In this document: positions 20,926 through 31,107 of the stretch, piece after piece
Position numbering within the stretch: the first letter of the stretch is position 1
How the letters are laid out: the number at the start of each line of letters is the position of its first letter
Origin: an uncultured Lachnospiraceae bacterium
Lineage (GTDB): Bacteria > Bacillota > Clostridia > Oscillospirales > CAG-272
Assembly: GCA_964534905.1 (NCBI GenBank)
Contig: CAZHPZ010000003.1
Location: 1 to 53,499 of the forward strand
Reading direction: 5' to 3'
Length of the DNA stretch: 53,499 nucleotides
The notes under the pieces: model-generated
Database searches by the model: none
Told to the model about the DNA's origin: nothing
What the model saw: the letters and a program-made list of their open reading frames with translations, nothing else
Translations under genes and position numbers: made by a program

Positions 20926-23241
20926 TCATATACATCTAATTTCGATTTTACCGTCGTGAACATCCAAGGCAACACCGATTATAGAATGATTATAATCAGC
21001 AATCACCTTCTCGGCAATCTCGTCCTCAATATGAGTCTGTATAAATCTTCTCATATTTCTCGCACCGAATTTTGCCGAATAGGACTTTTCTGCCACATAA
21101 TGAGGAACGGAATCCGTATATGAAAGCGTAATTCCGTGCTCCGAAAGAGCCTCGCGAAGCTCGCCGAGCATTATCTGTGCAATGCCCGCAAAATCCTTTT
21201 CCGTAAGCGAATTAAATGTGATTATCTCATCAACACGGTTTATAAACTCGGGGCGTAAAAATCCCTCAAGCGCTTTCATAGTTCTCGCTTCTTCGACAGA
21301 AGCACTGTCCGTTGAAAATCCCGCTCTGCCCGACGAATTGGTCGATCCCGCATTGGTAGTCATAACAAGCACCGTATTTTCGAAATTTACGGTTCTTCCC
21401 TGCGCATCGGTAACTCTGCCGTCATCAAGTATCTGAAGCAAAATATTAAGAACATCCGGATGTGCCTTTTCAATTTCATCGAAAAGTATTACCGAATACG
21501 GTCTGCGACGAATCTTTTCAGTAAGCTGACCCGCCTCCTCATATCCGACATATCCGGGAGGCGCTCCTATTATCTTGGAAACGGAATGCTTCTCCATAAA
21601 TTCGGACATATCAAGACGAATGAGCGTTTCGGGAGAATGGAACAGATCATTTGCGAGCTGCTTTACAAGCTCCGTCTTGCCGACTCCCGTAGGTCCTGCG
21701 AATATAAACGATACGGGCTTTCTCTTATACGATATTCCCGCTCTGTTTCTTTTTATCGCTCTGCATATAGCGTCAACCGCCTTATCCTGACCTATAATAT
21801 GAGATTTAAGTCTCTTATCCAACTTATCTATCTGTTCGAACTCATTTGCGCTGACGGTAAGTGCGGGCACTCCCGTCCACACCTCGACAACATCCGCAAG
21901 CTCCGACACGGAAAGAGTTATAGACTCATTCTCGCCTTCAAGCTCGGAAAGCTCGCTCGAAAGCTTTATTTCATTTGACTTAAGCTTTGCTATTCTCTCG
22001 TATGCCTCGGCATTGTCGGGAGAATCGGGCGGTGTTACCTCAAGTTCCTCTCTCTCCTTTTTAATGGTAAGCAACTGCTCTCTTATCTCAAGGCTTCTGC
22101 CTATACCTGCGCTTTTCAGAGAGAGATTTGCCGCCGCCTCGTCAAGAAGGTCTATCGCCTTATCGGGCAGATATCTGTCAGTAATATATCTTTCCGATAG
22201 AGTCACCGCACTTTTAAGTATCTCATCCGGAATTTTTACCGAATGAAACTCTTCATAGTAATGCTTTATTCCCTTAAGCATTTCAAGAGTCTCGTCAACC
22301 GAGGGTTCCTCCACTCTTACGGGCTGAAATCTGCGTTCAAGAGCCGAATCCTTTTCTATATATTTACGGTATTCGTTAAGAGTGGTAGCTCCGATAACCT
22401 GAATTTCTCCTCGTGAAAGTGCCGGTTTAAGCATATTTGCCGTGCTTACGCTTCCCTCACTGTTTCCGGCTCCGACGATATTATGAACCTCGTCTATGAC
22501 AAGAATAATATTTCCGGCATCCTTAACCTCCTTAAGAAGTCCGAGTAATCTGCTTTCGTACTGACCTCTGAACTGCGTTCCCGCAACAAGCGCCGTCAAA
22601 TCAAGCAAATGAAGCTCCTTGTCCTTAAGCTTATATGGCACGTCACCCTTTACTATCCTTTGTGCAAGCGCCTCCGCTATTGCGGTCTTACCGACTCCGG
22701 GCTCACCTATCAAGCAAGGATTGTTCTTCTGTCTGCGACAAAGTATCTGAATAACTCTCGCAAGCTCACGATCTCTTCCGACTATTGCGTCAAGCTTGTT
22801 TTCTCTTGCCTCACGCGTAAGATCCTTACAGTAAGCATCAAGGAATTTTCTCTTTTTATCCTTTGATTTTTCCTCATTTCTCTGCTTCATCCCATCAACG
22901 TTGGGATCGCTTTTCTGCTTTTCCAATCCTCCGAAAAGCTTATGCAAATCTATAGCCGGCGCGGTAGCGGAATCGTCGGGGTCGGACGCTTCGTCATCTG
23001 TAACGGACGGAAGATTCATTTCTCCATCTTCCATCATTTTCGCCATTTCGTCTTCCATGCCCTCAAGCTCATCGCTCGATATGCCGAGCTGACCTATCAC
23101 ATTTCCGAGAATATTATCAAGAGGAAGTCCGAGCTCCTTAGCACAGGTTATGCACACTCCCTCGTTCTTTTTTTCTCCGTTTTCAAGCTTGGTAATAAAA
23201 ACCATTGCCATTCTTTTATGGCATCTTGAACACATTATCAT
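20926..23241 (-). CDS. ClpC/ClpA-class double-AAA+ unfoldase with an N-terminal CxxC...CxxC zinc-ribbon-like segment instead of Clp_N repeats
   Basis: Walker A motifs [12 protein letters not shown] and [12 protein letters not shown]. Walker B motifs ILVIDEVH and [11 protein letters not shown]. Coiled-coil middle region. N-terminus MIMCSRCHK...[14 protein letters not shown] lies 7 nt after GGAGGTG. Confidence 0.9.
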   Translation of the reverse strand: MIMCSRCHKRMAMVFITKLENGEKKNEGVCITCAKELGLPLDNILGNVIGQLGISSDELEGMEDEMAKMMEDGEMNLPSVTDDEASDPDDSATAPAIDLHKLFGGLEKQKSDPNVDGMKQRNEEKSKDKKRKFLDAYCKDLTREARENKLDAIVGRDRELARVIQILCRRQKNNPCLIGEPGVGKTAIAEALAQRIVKGDVPYKLKDKELHLLDLTALVAGTQFRGQYESRLLGLLKEVKDAGNIILVIDEVHNIVGAGNSEGSVSTANMLKPALSRGEIQVIGATTLNEYRKYIEKDSALERRFQPVRVEEPSVDETLEMLKGIKHYYEEFHSVKIPDEILKSAVTLSERYITDRYLPDKAIDLLDEAAANLSLKSAGIGRSLEIREQLLTIKKEREELEVTPPDSPDNAEAYERIAKLKSNEIKLSSELSELEGENESITLSVSELADVVEVWTGVPALTVSANEFEQIDKLDKRLKSHIIGQDKAVDAICRAIKRNRAGISYKRKPVSFIFAGPTGVGKTELVKQLANDLFHSPETLIRLDMSEFMEKHSVSKIIGAPPGYVGYEEAGQLTEKIRRRPYSVILFDEIEKAHPDVLNILLQILDDGRVTDAQGRTVNFENTVLVMTTNAGSTNSSGRAGFSTDSASVEEARTMKALEGFLRPEFINRVDEIITFNSLTEKDFAGIAQIMLGELREALSEHGITLSYTDSVPHYVAEKSYSAKFGARNMRRFIQTHIEDEIAEKVIADYNHSIIGVALDVHDGKIEIRCI

Positions 23242-23270
23242 CTATCTCACCTCCGATACCTGTTTTTATA

Positions 23271-23939
23271 TCAATGAGTAAACAGTCCTATTTTATAAAT
23301 AATTTTTGTTATAAATGTTCCCTCTACCGTATCAACTCCGAGTACAAATGTGCAAAGGCACACGGCAATACTGAGAAAAGCATAAGCATACGACGCTCCG
23401 AGAAGCAATCCCATAACCTTATTTACGGTTTTAAGCACGGGAAGCTTGAAAAGTCCGTCAAGCAAAATTATCGCAACGCTGCACACTATAAACGAAATAA
23501 GAAATACCGCGATATACGATATAATCTTAGATACTGTATCCGTCAGCGCGTTCTCTGTTTTTTCACCGATCTCACGTGCAAGCTCAACGCCCTCCGCACC
23601 GCTTTCGGCAAAATAATCATTTATCATTTCCGATGAAATAATATTCTTTACCGCATCGGGAAGACTATTGTGGACGTTCTCTGCGGAAAATTTTTCTTCA
23701 CCGCTTTGTGACATCTCAACCAGCACGGATGAGATTTTTCCGTCAAATATATCCGCAACGAATGCATCGGCAAATACATCTGCAAGGCAAGCTCCTATCA
23801 GAACGGTAACAAGAAGCACTATTATCATTTTCATACTCTTAAAGAAAGACTTAACAAATCCCTTCTTGACAGTAACAAATATTATAAGTGCTGCCGCACA
23901 GACCATCAAAGCATCCATAATAATTTGAGTTGCGTTCAT
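23271..23939 (-). CDS. cvpA: CvpA-family membrane protein
   Basis: Four or more TM segments, with a LPVLKTVNKVMGLLLG motif typical of the family. ATG at 23937-23939 follows GGAGGTAAAT. The ORF-track extension to 24035 would overlap truA. Confidence 0.6.
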   Translation of the reverse strand: MNATQIIMDALMVCAAALIIFVTVKKGFVKSFFKSMKMIIVLLVTVLIGACLADVFADAFVADIFDGKISSVLVEMSQSGEEKFSAENVHNSLPDAVKNIISSEMINDYFAESGAEGVELAREIGEKTENALTDTVSKIISYIAVFLISFIVCSVAIILLDGLFKLPVLKTVNKVMGLLLGASYAYAFLSIAVCLCTFVLGVDTVEGTFITKIIYKIGLFTH

Positions 23940-23979
23940 ATTTACCTCCGATTTTTCAGCGTATTCGTAAAGTAATATC

Positions 23980-24738
23980 TCAATAAACCACCTTATTGAG
24001 ATACAGTCCGCAGGCACAAGCCGTGGCACCCGCATTCTTTCTGTCCCCGCTCTCTATTATTTTGTCTATATCGCAGGGTTGTATTCTTCCGTATCCGACA
24101 GACATCAACGTTCCGCACATTATTCTCACCATATTGTAGAGAAATCCGTCGGCTGCCACCTTGAAAACAACATAATCTCCGTCCTTATAAACGCTTGCGT
24201 ATTTCACTTGTCGAACGGTATCCTTTATCTTTGAGCCCTGAGCCATAAATGCCGCAAAATCGTGCGTTCCGCAAAATGCTTGCGCCGCAGCGTTCATTCT
24301 CTCAATTGCCTCATCGGACAGCGTTCTCGGTATACTGTACGCTCTGTCGGAGCAAAACGGATTTTTTACGGAAGAATTCCATATCTTATATATATATTCT
24401 TTATACTTGACATCATATCTCGGATGGAAGTCTCCGTCGACCATTTCGGCAGAGATCACCGCAATATCGTCCGGCAACACCGAATTAAATGCCGCAGGCA
24501 CGCTACTCATAGGTATGGAGCATTCGAGAGCATTCTCCCCTCGCTTTGATACGCACACAAAAAATTCATTTGCATGCACTCCGCTGTCCGTTCTGCTGCA
24601 TCCCACTATATCGCATTCAAATCCGAATATTCTTGCCGAAGCCTCGTTCATCGCCCCCTGCACCGTGGGCTTTGACGGTTGAACCTGATATCCGTTATAT
24701 TTTGTTCCGAGAAAGCTTATTTTAAGCAATAATTTCAT
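23980..24738 (-). CDS. truA: tRNA pseudouridine(38-40) synthase TruA
   Basis: KISFLGTKYNGYQVQP and GCSRTDSGVHA (catalytic Asp motif). ATG at 24738 is preferred over GTG at 24744. Confidence 0.9.
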   Translation of the reverse strand: MKLLLKISFLGTKYNGYQVQPSKPTVQGAMNEASARIFGFECDIVGCSRTDSGVHANEFFVCVSKRGENALECSIPMSSVPAAFNSVLPDDIAVISAEMVDGDFHPRYDVKYKEYIYKIWNSSVKNPFCSDRAYSIPRTLSDEAIERMNAAAQAFCGTHDFAAFMAQGSKIKDTVRQVKYASVYKDGDYVVFKVAADGFLYNMVRIMCGTLMSVGYGRIQPCDIDKIIESGDRKNAGATACACGLYLNKVVY

Positions 24739-24748
24739 TTTCACACCG

Positions 24749-25573
24749 TTAAATTGTAAGCAAAGGAGCCACGAAAATATTTACGCCGACAATAACTGCA
24801 CCGAACAGTGCAAGCGACGTAAGCGCCAATATATCCGACGGCTTAAATCTCAGCACCTTCATTCGTGTTCTTCCCTCTCCGCCCTTATAGCATCGGCACT
24901 CCATTGCAGTTGCAAGATCGAGTGCGTGACGTATCGACGACGAAAACAGAGGAATAAGTATCGGAATAAGCGCCTTTGCACGTTGGAATATGCTTCCGCT
25001 CGTGAAATCCGCTCCCCTTGCCTTTTGAGCGCTCATTATCTTTTCCGCCTCTTCCATAAGAGTGGGAATAAAGCGAAGTGCAATCGTCATTATCATTGCG
25101 AAATCGTGCACGGGAAGTCCTATTTTTTTCAGCGGATACAGAAGTCTTTCTATTCCGTCCGTAAGCGCTATAGGAGTTGTTGTATAGGTCAAAAATATAC
25201 TTGTGCCTATTACAAGAACAAAAATTCTCGCAACAAGCAAAATCGCATTTATAATACCCTCTTTATAAACATTGATTATCCAGAATGATATAAGAGGCTC
25301 TCCCTCTCCCGTTGACCAGAAAAGATTAATGAGCGCGGTAAACGCGATAATAAAAATTATCGGTCTGACAGACCTCAAAACTATTTTAATCGGTATATTC
25401 GATATTTTTATCAAAGCAAATGCCGATATAAGCAAAAGCGTCATCGAGACAAGATTTGAGCAAAGAAACACTATGACTATATACAGTACGGCAAGCACAA
25501 TCTTCATTCTCGGGTCGAGCCTGTGTATCGGCGACGGGACAGAATAATACTGTCCAAGTGTTATATTTTTCAT
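24749..25573 (-). CDS. ecfT: ECF transporter transmembrane (T) component
   Basis: Polytopic protein with the EcfT coupling-helix motif AQKARGADF. It immediately follows ecfA1-ecfA2 (TAATG overlap at 25571-25575). Confidence 0.9.
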   Translation of the reverse strand: MKNITLGQYYSVPSPIHRLDPRMKIVLAVLYIVIVFLCSNLVSMTLLLISAFALIKISNIPIKIVLRSVRPIIFIIAFTALINLFWSTGEGEPLISFWIINVYKEGIINAILLVARIFVLVIGTSIFLTYTTTPIALTDGIERLLYPLKKIGLPVHDFAMIMTIALRFIPTLMEEAEKIMSAQKARGADFTSGSIFQRAKALIPILIPLFSSSIRHALDLATAMECRCYKGGEGRTRMKVLRFKPSDILALTSLALFGAVIVGVNIFVAPLLTI

Positions 25574-26427
25574 TATTTACCTCTGATCAGCCTTGCAATC
25601 TCCTGCACTGCCGCCTCTTGTGTATAAATTCCGTTATCTACCTTAATTCCGCGTGCGTTAAGCTCGTGCATCAAAAGCGTTATTTGCGGAACCGCAAGTC
25701 CTATATGTTCAAGCATTTCGGACTCGCAGAACACCTCGTCACGTGTACCCTGAAGCACGACCTCTCCGTTTGAGAGCACTATTATATCGTCGCACAGTCT
25801 CGCCATATCCTCCATACTGTGGCTGACTATTATAACGGTAGCACCCGTTTTTTCACGGTATTTGAAAACTCCGTCAAGTATTACGTCTCTGCCCTGAGGG
25901 TCAAGACCTGCGGCAGGCTCATCAAGGACAAGCACCTCGGGACGCATAGCTATAACTCCCGCAATGGCTACTCTGCGCTTCTGTCCGCCGGAAAGGTCAA
26001 AGGGATTCTTTGCGAGAATATCCTTATCAAGTCCGACAAAGTCTATCGCATCCATTACTCTTTTTGATATTTCAGTCTCATCAAGTCCCATATTTTTCGG
26101 TCCGAAGGCAATATCACGCTCCACACTCTCCTCAAAAAGCTGATATTCGGGATACTGCATAACGAGTCCGACACGGAAACGCACCTTGCCGATATCCTTG
26201 GGATTTTCCCATATATCCGTACCGTCAAGAAGCACCCTGCCCTCATCGGGCGTCGCAAGTCCGTTAAGAAGCTGAAGCATCGTGCTCTTGCCTGAGCCTG
26301 TGTGCCCGATAATACCGGTTATGGATCCGCTCTCTATCTTAATATTTATATTTTTCAGCGCTTCTTTACAATATGCTGTTCCCTTACCGTAAAGAAACGA
26401 CACATTTTGAAGTTCTATTTTAGACAT
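25573..26427 (-). CDS. ecfA2: ECF transporter ATPase component A2
   Basis: Walker A GHTGSGKST, signature LSGGQKRRV, Walker B LVLDEPAAGLD. ATG at 26425-27 (MSKIELQNVSF) overlaps the ecfA1 stop by 8 nt. The ORF-track extension to 26526 is rejected. Confidence 0.9.
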   Translation of the reverse strand: MSKIELQNVSFLYGKGTAYCKEALKNINIKIESGSITGIIGHTGSGKSTMLQLLNGLATPDEGRVLLDGTDIWENPKDIGKVRFRVGLVMQYPEYQLFEESVERDIAFGPKNMGLDETEISKRVMDAIDFVGLDKDILAKNPFDLSGGQKRRVAIAGVIAMRPEVLVLDEPAAGLDPQGRDVILDGVFKYREKTGATVIIVSHSMEDMARLCDDIIVLSNGEVVLQGTRDEVFCESEMLEHIGLAVPQITLLMHELNARGIKVDNGIYTQEAAVQEIARLIRGK

Positions 26428-27292
26428 TTTTATTTTCAAGCACCCTCTGTATAGCGTCCGCACAAAGCGACGGCGTGTGGTACTCCCCCTTAATTTTAAT
26501 TCCTTGCTTTTTAAGCGAATGAACAAGTGCTACACACTGCGGAACATCAAGTCCGCAGGCGGTAAGCTTATCCGGATTTGCAAATATCTGTGCCGGAGTT
26601 CCGTCCATAAGTATGTTACCGTCATCAAGAACAACTATTCTGTTTGCTCTTGCCGCCTCATCCATATAATGCGTGATCATTATTATCGTAATACCGTGCT
26701 CGCGGTTAAGCTTTTCGACGGTATTCATAATATCACGTCTTCCTATCGGGTCAAGCATAGCCGTTGATTCATCAAAGATTATGCAATCGGGCTTCATAGC
26801 AAGTATTCCGGCGATTGCTATCCTTTGCTTTTGACCGCCTGAGAGCCTTGCGGGCTCTCCCTTAACATAGCTGCTCATTCCGACTATCGAAAGAGCCTCG
26901 TCAACTCGCTTTCTTATCTCCCTCGGCTCGATTCCGAGGTTTTCGGGTCCGAATGCAACGTCATCCTCTACTATTGTAGCCACAAGCTGATTATCGGGAT
27001 TTTGGAATACCATTCCTACTTTTTTCCTAAGCTCGAAAACGTCATCCTCCGTCATATCGGGATCCGTGATATCTTTACCGTCAACGTATATTTTCCCCTC
27101 GCTCGGCTCAAGTATCATATTTATAAGCTTTGCAAGCGTGCTCTTGCCCGAGCCGTTATGACCGAGCACGGCAAGATACTCCCCTTTTTTTATATCAAGG
27201 GAAATATTTTTGAGAACCGTAAGCTTACCGCCGTCGTCTTCCTCGTATGCACAGCTTAAATTTTCTATTTTGATATAAGAATCAGAATTCAC
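26420..27292 (-). CDS. ecfA1: ECF transporter ATPase component A1
   Basis: Walker A GHNGSGKST, signature LSGGQKQRI, Walker B IIFDESTAMLD. GTG at 27290-92 follows GAGAGAGGAAAG. The alternative GTG at 27334 would overlap the upstream gene. Confidence 0.88.
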   Translation of the reverse strand: MNSDSYIKIENLSCAYEEDDGGKLTVLKNISLDIKKGEYLAVLGHNGSGKSTLAKLINMILEPSEGKIYVDGKDITDPDMTEDDVFELRKKVGMVFQNPDNQLVATIVEDDVAFGPENLGIEPREIRKRVDEALSIVGMSSYVKGEPARLSGGQKQRIAIAGILAMKPDCIIFDESTAMLDPIGRRDIMNTVEKLNREHGITIIMITHYMDEAARANRIVVLDDGNILMDGTPAQIFANPDKLTACGLDVPQCVALVHSLKKQGIKIKGEYHTPSLCADAIQRVLENKNV

Positions 27293-27311
27293 TCTGCTTT
27301 CCTCTCTCTGA

Positions 27312-28175
27312 TCAATTCTCCTGCCATCTCGCACTTGCGCCGCAGGGCATATATCCTCCCGTATGCTTTACGGGAAGCGCTATCTCGCTTGCCTCGCATT
27401 TTCCGCCGTGTACCTTGGATATGCGAAGATCGACAATATAACTCATTGTAAGGGGGGACAGCCCCGTTGTATACGAATTTATAAGGAAGAACAGCGGTTT
27501 ATCCGACAAAACCTGTGCGGTAAGCGCGACAAGGTCATCAATATTATCCTCTATCTTCCAGACCTCGCCCGACGGGCCCCTGCCGTAAGAGGGGGGATCC
27601 ATTATCACCGCGTCATATTTGTTTCCGCGTCTTATTTCACGCTCGACGAATTTTTTGCAGTCGTCGACAATATATCTTATCGGCGCATTCTCAAGTCCCG
27701 AAAGGCGCGCGTTTTCCTTTGCCTGAGCAACCATTCCCTTTGCCGCGTCAACATGGCACACGGATGCACCCGCCTTTGCCGCGGCGACCGTCGCACCGCC
27801 TGTATATGCAAAGAGATTGAGCACCTTTATCGGTCTTCCCGCTTTTTTTATAAGATCCGAGAACCAATCCCAGTTTGCCGCCTGCTCGGGAAAAAGTCCC
27901 GTATGCTTAAATCCCATAGGACGAAGCACAAATCCGAGAGATCCGTAAGAAATATTCCATTCCTCGGGAAGATTCTTTTTCACCCATTTTCCGCCGCCCG
28001 TGCTTGAACGGCGATATATTCCGTCCGCTCTCTTCCATTCGGGAGCATTACGTTCTCCGTGCCAGATTATCTGAGGATCGGGACGAATAAGTATATACTT
28101 ACCCCATCTTTCGAGACGTTCTCCGTCGGATGCGTCTATAAGCTGATAGTCTTTCCAATTGTCTGCACTCCACAT
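27312..28175 (-). CDS. Class I SAM-dependent methyltransferase (RlmI/RlmK-like, PF10672 type)
   Basis: SAM-binding motif NLFAYTGGATVAAAKAG and motif IV VIMDPPSYG. ATG at 28173-75 (MWSADNW) follows GGAAAGG and abuts the ruvC stop. Confidence 0.8.
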   Translation of the reverse strand: MWSADNWKDYQLIDASDGERLERWGKYILIRPDPQIIWHGERNAPEWKRADGIYRRSSTGGGKWVKKNLPEEWNISYGSLGFVLRPMGFKHTGLFPEQAANWDWFSDLIKKAGRPIKVLNLFAYTGGATVAAAKAGASVCHVDAAKGMVAQAKENARLSGLENAPIRYIVDDCKKFVEREIRRGNKYDAVIMDPPSYGRGPSGEVWKIEDNIDDLVALTAQVLSDKPLFFLINSYTTGLSPLTMSYIVDLRISKVHGGKCEASEIALPVKHTGGYMPCGASARWQEN

Positions 28176-28176
28176 A

Positions 28177-28698
28177 TCAATAAACCTTTCCGTAAGTTTG
28201 CTTTTTATTATAATACTGCGATATACGCGAGCTTTTTGCATGTGCGTGACATATAGCTATCGCCAATGCGTCGGCTGCGTCATCGGGACGAATTTTTTCT
28301 TTGATATTCAAAAACATCTGCACCATCGTGATGACCTGATTTTTTTCGGCTCTGCCGTATCCCACGACGCTTTGCTTTACCTGAAGCGGTGTATATTCGA
28401 ATATTTCAACTCCGAGCAGCTCGGCGCAAAGAAGAATTACTCCTCTCGCCTCGGCAACGGATATACCTGTCTTTTGGTTTGTATTCCAAAAAAGCTCCTC
28501 GACCGCCATAGCGTCCGGACGGTATTTTTCGATAATATCCTTAAGCTCACGGTAAATGGAAGCCAATCGCTTTTCCGTATCGGTGTGCGCAGGCGTCCTT
28601 ATTACTCCGTAATCAAGAGTTTTAAACCTCGAGCCGTTATATTCAATTACACCGTAACCCACTATCGCAACTCCGGGGTCGATACCGAGAATTATCAC
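28177..28698 (-). CDS. ruvC: Holliday junction resolvase RuvC
   Basis: VIILGIDPGVAIVGYG (catalytic Asp) and ...DAADALAIAICH. GTG at 28696-98 follows GGAGGA. The ORF-track extension to 28815 covers the promoter. Confidence 0.9.
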   Translation of the reverse strand: MIILGIDPGVAIVGYGVIEYNGSRFKTLDYGVIRTPAHTDTEKRLASIYRELKDIIEKYRPDAMAVEELFWNTNQKTGISVAEARGVILLCAELLGVEIFEYTPLQVKQSVVGYGRAEKNQVITMVQMFLNIKEKIRPDDAADALAIAICHAHAKSSRISQYYNKKQTYGKVY

Positions 28699-28734
28699 AA
28701 GCTTCCTCCAAAGAACATATTCTATCAATTTATC

Positions 28735-28763
28735 ATTATAACACAAATACACTGCAAAGTCAA
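28735..28763 (-). promoter_or_regulatory. Sigma-A promoter of the ruvC-methyltransferase-ecf-truA-cvpA-clpC gene string
   Basis: Minus strand reads TTGACT (28763-28758), a 17-nt spacer, then TATAAT (28740-28735). Confidence 0.6.
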
Positions 28764-28909
28764 ATATTTTTAATGAACGCTTCTTTAATATTTTAAATAC
28801 GGAGCGCAAAAACACCCTTCTTCAAATATATTTAATCAGAGATTTTTTAAATTAGCATATTTAAGCGCAAAAAAAGAATCATACTCAAGGGTTTATTTTC
28901 ACAGTCCTA

Positions 28910-28938
28910 TTGACACCGCTATTTTTATTTTGTAAAAT
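28910..28938 (+). promoter_or_regulatory. Sigma-A promoter of the GH3 gene
   Basis: TTGACA (28910-15), a 17-nt spacer, then TAAAAT (28933-38). The imperfect palindrome TGTAAGTAAATTTACA (28946-61) lies at about the TSS. Confidence 0.6.
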
Positions 28939-29022
28939 AATGATGTGTAAGTAAATTTACAATATAGCAATGGCTTTTGATATAGGTTTATTAGCACTTA
29001 ACTGATTTAAGGAGAATTTTTT

Positions 29023-30984
29023 ATGAAAATCGACGTTTCAAAATTGCCGATTGACCGGCGAGTACGCCTGACCATGGGTGTCGATATTTGGTCTAACTAC
29101 GACATTGACGGACAATTATACAAATTTAAGCTATCTGATGCCACCATAGGTATGCGCACCTTCGATTTGACCAACAAAAACGATTCGCATCCTATACCTG
29201 CTGTTGCATTTCCCGCATCGCAGACCGTCGCCAATACATGGAATTTGCCGCTTGTTAGGAAAATGGGTAATGCCATAGCAAACGAAGCTATCGAGGCCGG
29301 TGTCGACGTGGTTTTGGGTCCCGGCTTAAATATTAAGCGTTTACCGACAAACGGTAGAAATTTTGAATATTTTTCGGAAGATCCGTATTTGGCAGGTATG
29401 CTCGGTAAATCTTATATAGAGGGTGTTCAAGAAAAGCACGTAGGCACTTGTATGAAACACTATTGCTGTAACAATAGCGAATTTAGTCGTCTATGGGCAA
29501 GCATGGAGGTTGATGAACGCACATTGAGAGAAATCTATCTTGAAGTGTTCCGCATTGCCGCCCAAGCAAAGCCATGGAGTGTAATGTGCGCCTATAATCT
29601 CGTAAACGGCAGAAGAATGTCGGAAAACGGTAAGCTTTTCGGTATATTGCGTGACGAATTCGGTTTTGATGGATTGATAATGTCCGATTGGGGAGCAGTC
29701 AAGGATGCAAAAGCCACCATTGAACAAGGTCTTGCTTTGACAATGCCTTTTGAAGAGCATCTCCAAAAAGAACTTCTCGAATATGCACGTAAAGGTGAAC
29801 TCGATGAATCTGCACTCAACAAGTGCGCACAAGAGGTTGTAGATTTTGCCGAAAAGCTGGAAGCCGAAAGCAAGCTCAGAAAAATAGATTTGAGCAAGGA
29901 AGAGCGTAGAGCAATAGCTTTGGAAATAGCTCGTGAGGGTATTGTTTTGCTCAAAAACGAAGACGTATTGCCGCTTAGCAAGGACAAGACCGTTTTTGTT
30001 ACCGGTGCGCCGTCTTTCAGATATTACTTCGGCGGCGGATCATCTGAGGTTACTCCCGATGTTCCCTTCTTACCTTTGGTAGATGCCATGAAAGAAGAGG
30101 GCTACAATGCCGAATGGTATGAGTCGGTATGGGAATCACACGGTCATCAGTGCCATGTAGGTAATATGCCCGAGGCGCTTAAGCGCGCGGCAATGGCTGA
30201 TGTAACGATATTGACCGTAGGCAATCCCAATAGCTGTGAATATGAAAGTGCCGACCGTCAAACGATCAAATTATCCAAAGAAGAAGAATTTGTCATTAAA
30301 GACTTTGCGAGAGTTGCAAACAAGCTTGTTGTGGCTGTATATGCAGGTGCTGCAATAGATATGCATGAATGGATCAAATATGTCGATTCTGTAATTTGGG
30401 TTGGCTATGCCGGTCAACACGGTCATAAAGCACTTGCCGAGATCATTTCGGGCAAGGTCAATCCGAGCGGAAGACTTAGTGAAACATTTCCGTTAGAATT
30501 GTCAGACGTACCTGCCGAAAATGCATATCGTGATTCTACCGTTATGAAATATGCAGAGGGCTTGAACGTCGGTTATCGTCACTTCTCAACCTTTGGAAAA
30601 CCCGTATTGTTCCCGTTTGGATACGGTTTAAGCTATTCGAAATTTGATTACGATAATCTTGAGGTTGTGACTGCCGGAGACGGATTCGATGTGTCATTTG
30701 ACGTCATCAACATATCCGACACAGATGGCTACGACGTCCCTCAGATTTATATTTCCGAGGTAATTGCTAAGGTATATCGTCCCGAATTAGAGCTTAAAGG
30801 CTTTACTAAGGTGTTCGTCAAGTCCGGAGAAACCGAAAGGGTTACGATACATCTTGATCGTCACGCATTCGAATACTATTCTGTTGCCGATAGCGAGTGG
30901 GTTGTACATAACACCGGATTCAATGTTGTAGTAGCCGCCAATGCAGAGAAGCCTGTGCTTCATCAATCCGTGAGATTTAAATAG
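29023..30984 (+). CDS. GH3 beta-glucosidase-family glycoside hydrolase, cytoplasmic (no signal peptide)
   Basis: GH3 nucleophile motif GFDGLIMSDWGAV, KHYCCNNSE, and a C-terminal FnIII-like region (...ELKGFTKVFVKSGETERVTIHLD). ATG follows AAGGAGA. Confidence 0.9.
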   Translation: MKIDVSKLPIDRRVRLTMGVDIWSNYDIDGQLYKFKLSDATIGMRTFDLTNKNDSHPIPAVAFPASQTVANTWNLPLVRKMGNAIANEAIEAGVDVVLGPGLNIKRLPTNGRNFEYFSEDPYLAGMLGKSYIEGVQEKHVGTCMKHYCCNNSEFSRLWASMEVDERTLREIYLEVFRIAAQAKPWSVMCAYNLVNGRRMSENGKLFGILRDEFGFDGLIMSDWGAVKDAKATIEQGLALTMPFEEHLQKELLEYARKGELDESALNKCAQEVVDFAEKLEAESKLRKIDLSKEERRAIALEIAREGIVLLKNEDVLPLSKDKTVFVTGAPSFRYYFGGGSSEVTPDVPFLPLVDAMKEEGYNAEWYESVWESHGHQCHVGNMPEALKRAAMADVTILTVGNPNSCEYESADRQTIKLSKEEEFVIKDFARVANKLVVAVYAGAAIDMHEWIKYVDSVIWVGYAGQHGHKALAEIISGKVNPSGRLSETFPLELSDVPAENAYRDSTVMKYAEGLNVGYRHFSTFGKPVLFPFGYGLSYSKFDYDNLEVVTAGDGFDVSFDVINISDTDGYDVPQIYISEVIAKVYRPELELKGFTKVFVKSGETERVTIHLDRHAFEYYSVADSEWVVHNTGFNVVVAANAEKPVLHQSVRFK

Positions 30985-31025
30985 AAAACTTATGAGGCTC
31001 TTTAAATAAAGATAATCGAAATTAA

Positions 31026-31060
31026 AAGGTATAGCCGTGACTTGGCTATACCTTATTTTT
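31026..31060. terminator. Bidirectional intrinsic terminator between convergent GH3 and thiT genes
   Basis: AAGGTATAGCC / GGCTATACCTT 11-bp stem, with ATTTTT on the plus side and TTTT on the minus side. Confidence 0.85.
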
Positions 31061-31107
31061 CGGAATTAAAAATTCCTATTCGCACCCTCTTCGGATGATA
31101 TTATGTG

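Noticed and set aside
23940-24035. N-terminal extensions of several ORF-track models (cvpA to 24035, ecfA2 to 26526, ruvC to 28815, methyltransferase to 28241, malE to 7703, kinase to 49637, dxr to 44023, yqeG from 51685)
   Set aside because: The extensions overlap upstream genes, promoters or hairpins, and many begin at GTG or TTG. Internal starts with good Shine-Dalgarno sequences give canonical N-termini.
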